Assembly: GCA_000165425.1 (NCBI GenBank)
Contig: CT868669.1
Span: 62,001-126,000, forward strand
From: Paramecium tetraurelia
Lineage: Eukaryota
Reading direction: 5' to 3'
DNA length: 64,000 nt
A model generated the notes under the pieces. That model saw only the letters and a program-made list of their open reading frames with translations. It was not told where the DNA came from and did not search any database. Positions within the stretch are counted from its first letter, which is position 1. Each line of letters starts with the position of its first letter. This document shows, one piece after another, positions 13,251 through 26,300 of this stretch. The position numbers and the translations under genes are program-made.

Positions 13251-13949
13251 TTATCTATATATAATTGAGCTCAAGTTATTTTAATCACTAAATTCTGTCG
13301 GATGAAACAGTGTCTTATTTTTGGAATCCTTTTTAATTTTTATACATCATTAATTGATAAATTTTTTTAATTGTTATTATTCTCTGGTTTGTAAGATTAG
13401 CATTTCAAGAACAAATGACTATCTGATTGAATATTTATTTCAAATCAAATAACGATTCATAATATTGATATAAATTCTAAGAATCATCACATGAGAACAT
13501 CGATGGAAAACGAATTTATTTGTAGGAATTTAAAAGATTTTTATAGACCATTAATATATTATTGTTTTAGAAAAAGAAAACTATACATCAGTAATTTTTT
13601 TATTTCTAATTCATTTAGACTCCATTTGGATGTTTCTCATAAGAAATGTTTGTACATCATGAATTTTATTGTTGGACTGATATTTATGAACGTTAATCGA
13701 ATTTATATATGCTTTAAGTAGCAGAATGGGCTCTTCTTAGCACAATTGGATTCTTTTTTATTTGATATTTTTCTATCTAGAGTTGTTGTAAAATAGCGAT
13801 TTCATCTGATTCCTCTTGTTGAATTGGTGATAGGTTTTGAGTCAATTAGAGAGATTAAAGCTTGAATTTGTTTTTCTTTTAAGGATGAGAACAGCCCATT
13901 AAAATAATTAATGAGATTCAATCTTTTTAATTTACTTAACTAAATACAT

Positions 13950-15202
13950 ATGATCGATTATCTTTTAAATATTTTTTGATAAAAAAACGGGATTCTATTG
14001 CTCACAACAACTTAGCTCAAAACGTGTAATACAAGGTTATAGATATAAAAAAACTATTGATGGAAAATATGAAATTATTTTATAACAGAAAAATATACTT
14101 TGAATTCATTTCTGGTTTAATATTTAATGTTTCATCCTGAAAAACCAAAGGAAATAGAAAGATGTTTAGAATTGATTTACCAAAATAGCTTAGGAGATTA
14201 GGCCCAGGAAGACTTGATTAACGATACTACCTAAGCATTTAAAAAATTTTTGCATCAAAATGAACTAGCCCAAAGAAAAACAATAATTTTAATGTTTGGA
14301 TCACTTTATAATGGATTCAAAACGAAAAAGTCAGATGTCGATATTTCAATAACTACGAACTCATATATTCCTGAAGTGACAGCCTTGAGCTATTGGATTG
14401 CTTAGTTAGGATACCAAACTAGATTTAAGTTAGACTAGAGTTTTCTCAAATCTCGAGTTCCGGTTATAAAAATATTAGATCAATAAAATCTCGTCCATAT
14501 AGACTTGTGTTATAATAATTTATTGGGAGCAATCAATACACGGCTACTGAAAGCTTATTCATTATTGAATCTCAAAGTTAAGTAAGTAATGTTATTATAA
14601 TAACAAAAAGGGTGGTGTGTTGTTAAAAGTATGGGCAAAAGGGGCAAAGATTGTGACTAATGTTCTGTTTTCATCCTATTCAATAATAATACTTTGGTTG
14701 CATTTCTTACAAGCTAATTATGGCCTACCCAATTTATAGAATCAAAAATATAATTTTAAAAACATTGATTCCGATTTAACTATAAAAAGAACACTTTATG
14801 ATAAAGAGAATGTAACTAAAATCAAAACATTTTTTGTAATGAATTTGGTGTAATTTTTAGGTGTATGAGGGCGAAACTTATGAGAAATTAAAATTAGAAT
14901 TTTAAGCAAAAATTTCATAAGTTTCTTTGTAAACTCTATTGCAAGAATTTTTTTGCTACTATTCTTAGAACGGATAGGGATTTAATCAGCCTTATAAGAT
15001 CTCAATAAATTTAAAGGAACTAAAGGATTAGGGATTGTTATATTCGATGTCTGATCCATTTGATCCGCTTCATGATCCTTTGAAGAAAATAAACAAGGCA
15101 TTTAAAAACAATAGGGTGTTTGATAACGCAACCCAATTTATGAAAACTCAGTAAGAAACTTAATTTTTGTTTCAGGACCTGAATCAATAATTACACTACT
15201 GA
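13950..15202 (+). CDS. Cid1/TUTase-family terminal RNA nucleotidyltransferase; start uncertain (13950 with a frameshift near 14090, or in-frame ATG 14127)
   Basis: MFGSLYNGFKTKKSDVDIS (GS..DxD), SRVPVIKI, HIDLCYNNLLGAINTRLLKAY, LLKVWAK, FSSYSIIILWLHFLQ, SDPFDPLHDP (PAP-associated loop). Confidence 0.88.
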
Positions 15203-15247
15203 TGATAGAAAATAAAATATGTGACTATTTATTTATATATTAAAAAA

Positions 15248-15856
15248 TCATGCGATTTTCTCATACAATATGCTATTGTATGAACCTCCCTTCATTGTGG
15301 ATTTCACAACTTGAGCAAATTATTATTGATCCTTCAACATCAATTCTGCTGCTTCTTTATTGAGTGGATCAGTTGGATTTGTTAATTATGTAAACAACAT
15401 CTGTAATCCGAAAATCACATCCTTCAAACTGCTAACAGGTCTCCAATCTTCTCTCAAGATATTCAAACAGACTTTGCCTTCCAAATCAATATTGGGATGG
15501 AATATTTTCTAATAGATAATCATTTAAAAATACCTTCTTGCACAAAACTTTGGGAGGGACCATAGGATATTCTAGAGAAATTGAAACAGTGAATACAATC
15601 ACTCCGCCAGCCCAGAAGCTGTGATCTGGTCTTACTTCAACTTCGAAATAGAGGATATTTTTATTGTCTGGAAAAGTAATCTTAAGGTTTTTTAAATCAG
15701 GGGGAAAGGCATCATTGAATTCTTGTTGATCACTCAAAGCTCTTTTCCAAGCACCGGTTTAGGCTAATAAATATAATCGACAAAATTACTTATGTCTTGA
15801 TTATTTTAGGCATTCTGTTGAGTTTATTGTTGTTGCTTTATCTTGATGGCAATCAT
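15248..15856 (-). CDS. UBC12: NEDD8-conjugating E2 enzyme
   Basis: [60 protein letters not shown]. Confidence 0.9.
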
Positions 15857-15961
15857 AAAAATTAAATAAATTATTAATAAAGAAAATGAATTACTTTTAA
15901 ATAAGAACCTTTGATTCGAGGAATAATAATTTGAAATTTAATTTATTTCATAAATCACAAA

Positions 15962-17812
15962 ATGCTTCGTCCAGGTTCCTCAATGAGTAAAGCCAAGCAA
16001 ACAAAGGCAGCAATCCCAGCCTCCGGTGGAATGGCTGCCAGAGTTGTTCAAGAGAAAATGCCTACCTTGGAAGAATATGTGAAAAACAGAGATTGGGTAG
16101 GAGCGATTTCCCTCTTAGAAAATGAATAAAAGTACTATTGAGAATTTAAAGGCTAGTTTTAATGATTCAAGAGCTGAGCCCAAATTGTGGTTAGCCTATG
16201 CATGTTTTCACAATGGAGAATATAAGTAAAATGCCATCATACATTTCAAAATAGAAGGGCCATCCAAGTTTATGATTAGATGATGACCAAGTCTGATTAC
16301 AACAAGGAGATCCACATCTACAAAGCTTGCTGTTTTTATGCCCTGTGTCAATACGAGGATGCCAAAAGAGAGTGTTCTAAAGGCCCAGAGACACCCTTGT
16401 CTGTGAGATTGTAATTCAATTTATTCTAAGTCATAGACAATTTCATATTGCTCACAAGAAAAATGATGAGAAGAATCTCATGACCTATCATCACAAGATA
16501 CAAGAGACTGTCCACGATTAGTTATGTTTGGCAGCAATTCATTATTTAAGAGGACATTATGAAGAAGTAACTGATATTTCAAATTCGATAGGCAACCGAT
16601 GCATACAAAAAATTACTGCTTGAAAATCGAGAATACTCAGCAATCAATGTTTACATAGCATTGTGTTACTATAAATTAGAATATTTCGATGTCTCTATTG
16701 AAATACTATCTTCTTATTTAAATCAATTTCCATAAAGTGTAACAGCAATCAATCTCAAGGCTTGCAACCAATTTTAGTTATATAGTGGCAAATTAGCCGA
16801 GGAAGTATTCAAACCTTTGTAATAATAATACGAAGGGATTAATGTTTGTGCAGATAATGATTTATTAAAACATAATTTAGTTGTTTTCAGATAAGGAGAA
16901 AATGCCTTAAAGGTATTACCTCCCTTGGTAGAAATTTTCCCTGAAGCTAAACTAAATCTTATTGTCTATTATTTAAAAAATGAAGATATTGGAGAAGCAT
17001 TTAATTTGGTTTAAGATCTTTAACCAACAAACCCAAAAGAATACATCTTGAAAGCTGTTGTTTATGCTATGAAAGGATAATCCAGTCCTGATCAAAAGGA
17101 AGCTTTGAAAACTGCACAATAACTCTTTTAACTAGTAGGATCTTCAGCTAGTGAATGTGATACCATACCTGGAAGGTAATGTATGTCATCTTGCTTCTTT
17201 ATTTTGAAACAATATGAAGATGTTCTGGTTTACTTAAAATCCATTAAGCAATTTTTCTAAAATGATGATGATTTCAATTGGAATTATGGAATTGCATGTG
17301 CTGGTACTGGAGATTACAAAGAAGCTGAGGAGGCCTTAGCTTAGATTCAATCAGAAAAATACAGAGTAATCTTTTAATTCTATTTAGTCTGATGATATCT
17401 ATATCAAGTGGATGACTAGAACATATATAATGAATGGCAAGGCAAAGTAATATATTGCATTAAATTTAGGGAAGCATGGGAATTGTATATTAATATGGAG
17501 ACTTCAAGCGAATCCTTTTAAATTTTAGTTTTGATTGCCAATGATTGTTATAAAATGGGGCATTTTTACTATGCAGCGAAGGCTTTTGATATTTTACAAA
17601 GATTAGATTCAGATAATGGGGAACATGAGTATGAAGACGCTTTGAGAGGATCAGTGGTCGGAGTATTCCAAATGGTCATTACATCAAAGGAGACACTGGA
17701 TCACTTGGTTGAGGTGATAAACATCTTAACAAACACAGGTGATAATCCTTAAGTAGAATATATTTTAAAAATAATTAAAAAATGGGGCAAAGAAAATAAT
17801 TGGAAAATATGA
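15962..17812 (+). CDS. IFT56: Intraflagellar transport protein IFT56 (TTC26/DYF-13), TPR protein
   Basis: [97 protein letters not shown]; multiple short introns. Confidence 0.93.
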
Positions 17813-17932
17813 AATATAAGTTATAAATTAATATTTATTACTTTAAAAGTTTTTCTTAGGAAATTGCCTTAAAACATTACCTTATTTATAAATATAGAAT
17901 ATATATATATTGATATAAAATTTCACACATTT

Positions 17933-20900
17933 TCATCTGAAATAATTCATTAATACTAAGATAAAGAAGACTAGATTATAAATGATATTAAATACCTAGT
18001 GCTGCTAAAAATATGATGAATTCATAACTAGACTCTTAGACAAATTTGACTCTTATTTTTTACCCATTCTCAAAATAAGCATCTCCTTCTGTTGGTTCGT
18101 GACATTGGCTAAAATCAAACTAAATCTCAACTCGGCCTTGAGAAAATGATGTGGTTATCAATCCTAGTAAATGATTGTCTTGATGAGTTTTTTCAATGTT
18201 TCTATAATAAGGAATTCTCAAGGTTTGGATTGGTTGACTATTTTAAATGATCACTTCGTTGTTTGGAAGATAGAATTCTCTCTCATAGACTATTTCCTTG
18301 CTGCCATCCAATTATATGAATTGATTGGAGATGAATGCGTTAACCTTCACCTTCTTTGGCATAGGAGTATTATCTTGAGCAATAATAGGTTTGATATTAT
18401 ATTCAAAGAGGTTGTCAGTCTTTACCAATTCAAACCATTGAGGTTGATCGACTTCAATTTTAATATCAAAGTTAGGATTGACCTTATTGGATTAGGGTAT
18501 TTTAGGATTGACATTCAATTTGATGTTCAAATAGTTATCCACTTTATTTGAATCAATGATTATATGAGAGGGTCTAATGACTTCGAGTCCAGCTTTGAAC
18601 TTGTTGCCTTAATCATTAACCTCAACGTAGCATTCATTCAACTCCTTTTCAATTGTCAATTAACTTCCCTTGAAGTTACCACAATTGGAATTCCATATTG
18701 GTTTCTCGGAATTATCCATTTAATATGTGATTGTGGATCCAAGATAAGCCTTCATTTACAATAGAGTGGCTCCTACCTTTACAAGGATATAATCAATTTT
18801 GTTATTTCCACAACTTAATTTGATCAATGCAAATCCTTGATCCAAACCTTAAATTTCAATTCCATTATTATTCACCTTAATTTACACTATGTGTCTAGTA
18901 TATCCCAAGACCTCGAGTTTGTTGTCTTCTATATCTTCAAATTGATATCCTTCTTAATTCAAGTAGGCAATTGGAATTTCTATTTTCTCATCCACTTTCA
19001 AATTAACAAATTCCGACATAGGATACATTTGATAGATTTCTTCTACTTGTATTAACATTGGAGTCGTGGCTAATAGTAATTGAGGTTGCAAGGTGATGCT
19101 ATCACTTTCAATAATATTTGGGAGGTTCATGTTCAATTGTTCAACACTCTTGATTTCTTATCCCAAAGCCAACCTGCTGTTTGTAGGAACTAGAAGTGGA
19201 ATATGATACAAGGCTTTGGTGTTAATAAATAGGTTCCTGGTGTAAGAGTTTAATCTTTCTACTTCAAGTAAAGTCTAAGCCTCTAAATCATAGGCTTTGA
19301 TTTTGATATTAATTTTTCCAACTACAACTGTTGAAACAGAAAATCCCAAAGAATTTGGAGCTGTCTAAACCAACTTTTCATCTTGGTACCAATGTATTTT
19401 ATGTGTTGGACACAAACAAAGATTCATCTAATGATCTTGTATAAGGAAGTCAGCCACTATTCTAACCGATGAACCTAATTCAATTTTTCTGCCATAGTAT
19501 AAAATTGCTCTATTTGGTTTATTCACTACTACAGGTATATCGACTGAGTCAATTAGTATGTTAGATTATCTTAAAAATACTGTGACTATGTAATTTCCAT
19601 TTATCTTTTTGGATTTAATAGTAACTATGTTTTGACTAACTGAAGTCTCAATATTCTCATTGGAAATGGCTGAATAAGTGAACTAAGAATAGGAGGGGAA
19701 CAACACATGAGTCTCACATTCGGTTGGCATGTAGACAGTATCAGCTTACAGCTTGGGTATTACTTTCAAATCGACTTGATTAGAATTGATTGAATCGTAT
19801 TGTGTTTATAATTTGAATAAGCCTTCTCTATTGGGAGTGATCAAAAACTGATTATTGACTTAGTTAATATTGTTGAATCCATAGGTATCAATCAATCTTA
19901 GTGATGACCAAGTTGTCACATGTACTTATCTCTTATAATAATTGAATGCAGAGGTTGCATTGATTGAATTTCCGACTACAGTGATCTATTAACTTAATTC
20001 CAAATTCAATTGAGATGGGTCGATTACATTAAGGGTGGCTGAGACACTGTAATTTAAGGATAAATCGTAAACTACTAATTAGAATTAACCTAATTTTTTT
20101 GGAGTAATAGTAACTTAATCCTTCTCGCACCCAATAATATTGCTATCATATTAGCATTGTATATTGTTGGTTGATGATTCTATTCTGAATAAAACACTTT
20201 AATCAATCAGGACATATTGTTCTCCACTTGGTATCAGTTTTAAAGTGTGATGGATGATTAAGTCTAATTCACTCCTTATGGTAAGGAATGTGTCTTTATG
20301 ATTGTTGTAAGAATTTGAAGCCACAATGAATTTACAATCAGAGATTCCTGATTAAATATCATATGATAAATATCTATTTTAATATTTTAATCCTCTAGTT
20401 GAATGGTCTAAATGCAAACTGCTGGAATTGTAGAATAAGAAATTCTAATAGAGAGCCACCACACTAATTTAAACAGTTTCTTCTTTGAATAACCAATTTA
20501 CTTCTTGATTCTTTTCATTATAAATTTTGAATGCTTCTGGTAATAAGCATTTTACAGGTAGACTATTGCTCACTAATTTTGGATTAGGCAATAAATCTGA
20601 TTGTTTATTGATTCTTGTAATTCTGAATTCAGCTTTGCTCTAGAAACAATTGAAATGATATTTTTCCATGTCTATTTTGATAATACCTTCTGACAGCTTC
20701 TCATTGTATGGTGTTTAATCCCAAGTTGTTGGTCCTCCCAAAACCTTAGTTGTAATAGTAGAATGAGGAGTCACATAATAAAATGGCTTATCGAAATGCA
20801 AGTAGTCATAGACTCTGACTTATTGTGTTACAGAGATCTTTTGAGTGTTAATTTGAAGATTATATTGACCTGGTGTTGCTGATTGCATTTTCAAACCATT

Positions 20901-22504
20901 GCAAACTAAATAGTTAGAGAGATCTCCAGCTATTTATGATGTGGTGAATATATCAAAATTATCAATAGTAAACTTAACTGCTCTGCACTAAGTATAGTTT
21001 CCAACTTTAGGATCTCCAATGGCTTGATAAAATGTGTCATCGGATTCATTCACTATCAATTCTTTTCTCCTCTCAAATGGAAGTATTTAGCTGACATCAG
21101 TCACATAGACAGTCACTTCTAAACTGTTATAGACATTAAATTCATCATAGATTGTTAAGGTGTTCTCTCCAAGTTCTATAGCTGCAAGTATGTGAGAACT
21201 TTTAATTTCAAAAATAGTAGGTGATTGATATCTTTACTAATATTTATAAGATCCTGATCCTCCAGTGACAACTAAGTTATATTGTTCGTAGATTGGGAGG
21301 TGGATGTAGGTTTTAAAGATTGTTGAAATTTATATAGGCTTAACAAAGTGAATAGTAACAGAGGATTCCAATGTTCCTCTTTGGAATGTTAATTTAACAT
21401 TTTGTCTCTCTCTATCTGATATGACGGTCTACTCGTTCAATGTTATATCTTTAGAATCATAGGAGAATACATCTGTCGAATATATTCTTTAATGTGATTC
21501 ATCCTTGAGATAGGCTTAGAATCTGTACAATTTTCCTACTATTAAATGAGTCACCTTTCCTTCTCTCTTCTCTTTGCCATCTTCCCAAATATCAATATCA
21601 ATGTACTTAGGATTCACTACATGATAGATTGCTTGGATTTAATTGTACTCAGAATTGATTACCTTTAGATTCAAATTCCTCTCAATATTCTATGTTGTCA
21701 AAACACCATTCTGATCAATGGTTGATACTTTGGATGTTGTACTCCATAAATGAGTTTGACTTGGTAATTTTATTCTTGTTTTTCCATCTGCTCTCAATAG
21801 ATGGAATTAGATAACAGAATGTGTTGGTAAGTAATATACTGGATAATCAGGGGAAAATTAAAATTTTTAAATTACAACTAAATCTACATTAGTTTCTATT
21901 TTGGTTTCATAATATTTCTTCTCTACCACTCTAGTAAATACTGTTTCTTTCCCTTCTTTCTTTCCCTTCACCACAATGATATCACTATTAAACTCTAATC
22001 TTGCTCTTTTCTCTGATACTTTTAGTCCGGATTCAGAAAACTTAACCATTTCCAATGCACCGACTCTCCATTCAAATTTAAGGCCTTCCAATGTTGTGAA
22101 TGTATTTCCTTTGTCATCATATGCTTAAACATGCAATTCTTCTTGAGTATCCAAATCCAATTATTTTTATTTAGTAATTATGCTCAATTTGCTTATTTCC
22201 TGTACTACTACTTCCACTATAAATTGAGATGCATCTTGGGACTTCGAATTTACATATATAAATGATTAGCTTGGCATTTTAGTCACAACTCTGACTTTTC
22301 CTATTGACTTCGAACATCCCTATTAATCTTGTCCTGTGACTACAATAGCACTATTTGAAGCACTCCAATCGAAGCATCCCCTTCGGCAGTGATTTCGTAT
22401 TCAACATCGTTGTCAGCCAAGGGCAATAAGATGTTTTTATTGCTGATTTTTGAGCCACTAATTGGGTTTAAAATTCCTAGCGCCAATATTAAGGCAAATA
22501 TCAT
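17933..22504 (-). CDS. NUP210: Nuclear pore membrane glycoprotein gp210; apparent frameshift at 22378-22381
   Basis: Signal peptide, NILLP, EG[G]CFDWSAS, VQAYDDKGNTFTTLEGLKFEW, LVVTGGSGSY, VLGGPTTW; beta-rich lumenal repeats and one C-terminal TM helix. Confidence 0.88.
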
Positions 22505-22520
22505 TAATTAAATATATTAA

Positions 22521-23251
22521 TCATTTTTATTAAGTCTTAACCTTCTTTGGTTTTTGATACTTCTACTCCATCTATTAGATAAACTAATCAAACGTATTCT
22601 TGGGTCTCTGTCTAATCTATTTCGTCAATTAATCCATGTCAATCTATTGTGCCTCTGGATCTTCTCTCAAGGTTTTGATCTTGTTTCTGCTGGTCTAATA
22701 TATTTTATAATCCGTGATCTTCTTTTGTTTGATCATTCTATCGTAGAATTCCAAAAAGCGTGGGATGTCTTCGTTTTTGCTCAGTATTATGTTCTCAAGT
22801 ATGCATTTCACATTCCCAGAATTTCTAACAAGATATATTGTTCACAAACCTTACTTATTATAAAACTCAATCAAGTCTTTTTCCTCCTCCTTACTGAACC
22901 TATACTTCAATTCGTATTTATCAATATCCTCCCTGCTGATCTTTGGATATAAATTTCGATAGAATTCATAGGCATTTTTAAATTCATCCATCCCTTCAAT
23001 CATCCCAGTTTCATCATACATTTTTCGTTTCTCCTCATTCGAAAGAATCTAATAGGCCTCAGATATTTTTTAAAACTTCTCCTTAGCATTAGCATCTTCT
23101 TGGTTTTTATCTGGATGTAATTGCAAGGCCAATTGTCTATATGATTTTTTCTACAATTTAGAACTAATACAAATACAATTTCACTTTGAGTTGCTTTTGG
23201 TTCCACATTCAGTAACTTATACAGCGTAAATTATTCTTCCCGCTATTACAT
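22521..23251 (-). CDS. J-domain protein, DNAJC9-like
   Basis: LYKLLNVEPKATQSEI|KKSYRQLALQLHPDKN..FQKISEAYQILSNEEKRKMYDETG, followed by the Y-x-GS..EEKDLIEFY segment typical of DNAJC9. Confidence 0.88.
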
Positions 23252-23320
23252 TATTTTAATTTATAAACACAAAATTGTGTTAGATTAATAATCAAATATT
23301 AATTTATACAATTAAAAAAA

Positions 23321-26300
23321 TCATTCATAATCTGAATCATCCTAGAGTGAATCATACTTGTCAACTGGTAGATTATTCAATCTTAGTATCTTCTCTATCC
23401 TCTTCAACTCAGCTCCATTAATTGGTAGTTTTTCATCTATCTTCTCCAATCTATTGCCTGAACTAGAACTCTTAGCTGGGTTCTAATGAGAAGAGGAACC
23501 AGATGAAGAATATGCCTGAGGTTTCATCTTCTCGATTTTCTTAGGCTATTGTTTCTTCCCCTGATTGCTGGTTCCATCATTATCTTATGGTTATTTGGGC
23601 TGTTCCTTAGGCTGTTCTTTAGGCTTTTCATCCTCCTTTTTCTGGATAGTGGTATCTGGTTATTCTTATCTCTTTTTTTTGAGGGATCTCAATTGCTCCT
23701 CCAATTCTTTCTCCAAATTCTTTATTGTTGCATTATCCTTCCCAGAATCATTCTCATTATTCTCTAAATCAAACACTAATCTGCGTACTGTTTCTTTTGA
23801 TGTTTACACTACAGGTTTGACTGGTGACTTTTTAACTATTTGAGGCATTATCTCCTCATTGTCAGTCCAGATCTTAATATTAAGATAAGGAATCGTATTT
23901 GTTTAATTGAAACTGTGTTCTTGATTTTCTAATTGTAATTAGATCACCTAGGGAAATTACTGATTGATTTGATCAAAATGAATAGTGGCTTAACCAATTA
24001 GGTTGTACTTATAGAACTCTTTCTCATCCACTGAATATTTCTTATCAAATATTTGTACTTGCAAGTTTTTGAATTTTAGAACATCCACACTTACCAATGC
24101 ATCATATTGTGGATTTGCCTAACAATGAAAAACTTTTGATTCCTGATCCAATTATGGGAATTTGAGGATTGAATTAGGAATTCTCTTTGTTAAAGCATTT
24201 AAGTTTCTTCCACATTCAAAATGGAAGTGCATTTACTTATAATTCAATTTGGGCAGTGTTTCTTCATGTTGTTTTACAGGACTTTTCTTAATGACTTGTA
24301 AAACTTCATGTTGAATTGGTCCCTGCATATCAAGCTTAAACAAAGGAGTGGCATTAGGCATACACTTTTGAAGATGAGCCAAAAATGTCAAGTAATCGAA
24401 TTGATTGGAAGGACATTGAAAATCATTTGGCATTCGCTTGTGGATTTGCTAAATAAACTAATCTCTATGATCTGGCAAATTGAAGTAACCAAATATCGTT
24501 GCCAGAATATTGGGATTGACATATCTCAATTAATCTGAATCATAAAAAGTGAACTCCTTCAACAAATCAACGATTATTGATTTTTCAGCTTAAAGTTCTA
24601 GTGGTTTCAAAATGGTAGTTGAGAACACATCGTTTTTTATCAAAGACATCAGGAAGTTAATCTCAGAAAATGAGAACTACAACTTACTTCTCAAGTATTA
24701 TTCAACATTCTATTAGTTCTCCAATTCCTTAATTGCTGGATATCTAAAAGCATTCAAATAATTATCGTTGCTGGTCTCTTTGGCACAAACATAAATTACC
24801 TTGACACCTACTCTTGCAGCTATTTCCAATGATGATGCCTTTGTGTCAACTCTCAAGTAATTGCTTTCCCCAAATATACCTTCGTTGTTCAACTACTTTA
24901 ATTGAATTGACACATTCCCTATGATCTTGTCTTCGCCCAACATGACCGATCTCACTTATAATTCTACAACGTCACTTTACAATTCAGTTTCAGATAAAAT
25001 GAAAATGCAATCCTACGTATTCAAAATAGAAGGAGTATTGGGTCTGACTTCATAGGATTCAGACATATTCAATGGATCAACTAACATAAAATAGATCTCT
25101 CCCAATTCATTTTTGTAATCAAGTAAAATCAATTCCATAACACGAATGATAACCTTTTTCTAAAATTTGAGTTTCTCTTCTACCTGAACAACCTACTCCA
25201 CTATTTGATCAGTTGTGTATACAGTATCTAGATTCAATGTGCAGATAAAGGCACCTGTCACACTATCATCTAAAGGAATTTCTCCAGTGACTTTGCTTTC
25301 TTCAAATAAGGGTTTTATGGGTAGATAACCAATAAGTGATTTGGTTTATGAATTGCAATTCAAAAGAAGTTATATTTATAGATGGCATTTCGATAACTAA
25401 GTTGCTAACACTTGATCACACTTCACTTGATATTCGACTACTATGTCAAAATCGTCTTTGAAATCATCACTCGTAAAACACGGAATAGCTTCTTTTAATA
25501 TCTTCTTATCTGTAGCCAAAGAGAGTTTCACCTTCAGTGAAGTAAACTTTAAATTCTTATACCAATTAATTTGCTTTATATTAATCCTGAAGGTGTGCAC
25601 TATTTCTGGTTTCAGAATGTTTAAGATCTCCTCCTGACTGATTTGAGCTTCCTATTGAATTTGACCTTCAGGATTGAATAATTGAAAGCCCTCCTTTGGT
25701 TTTTCATCTTTCACTTACTATTTGATACTCATCTTAAATTCAATCAGAGTTGCATCCGTTCCTTTCACCTCATCAAACAATTAAACAAAAAAGGTCTCCT
25801 TTTCATTTTCTATCGTAAGAATCTCTTCACTTGCCAGACTCCCTCTGAAAACATGATTATCTTTGAACAGCACAATGCTCAATCCTGAAAATTCCATTCT
25901 GTCATGCAGAGTCTTTCTAAAATCATGTGAGAATTTATCACTTAAAGTGCAAATAGCCCTCATATTAAGTGGGATTTGACCATTTTCATAAAAATTAGCT
26001 TTCAATATAGATGTCTTAGGTGTAGTTACACTCAAGCCTGTGTTTTCCAATTAAATTTACAATTGATATTTTTCTCCATCAATGTAGGTCAATTAGATAA
26101 AATCTATTATCAATTAAGTTTCTAGAAATTAAAAATCTATTGGCTATGGCTTTTTTATTCCATTCACTTTTGGTTGTGGCACAGCTATTGGACTTGAAGG
26201 TTCCTTCACTTCAATTTCATTCTAATATAACCAATCGATATATTTCCAAAAAGCGATCTCTGTGCATACTTTTTGCCCATCTTGATTTTCAACATTGTTG

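Noticed and set aside
13300..13870. Small plus-strand membrane-protein gene with an intron-like GTAATT..TAG
   Set aside because: In-frame TGAs and no consistent start-to-stop model; at most a relic.
14035..14095. Possible retained IES (TA-bounded insert) in the Cid1-like 5' region
   Set aside because: No matching TAYAG-type inverted ends that restore the frame; a one-base correction suffices.
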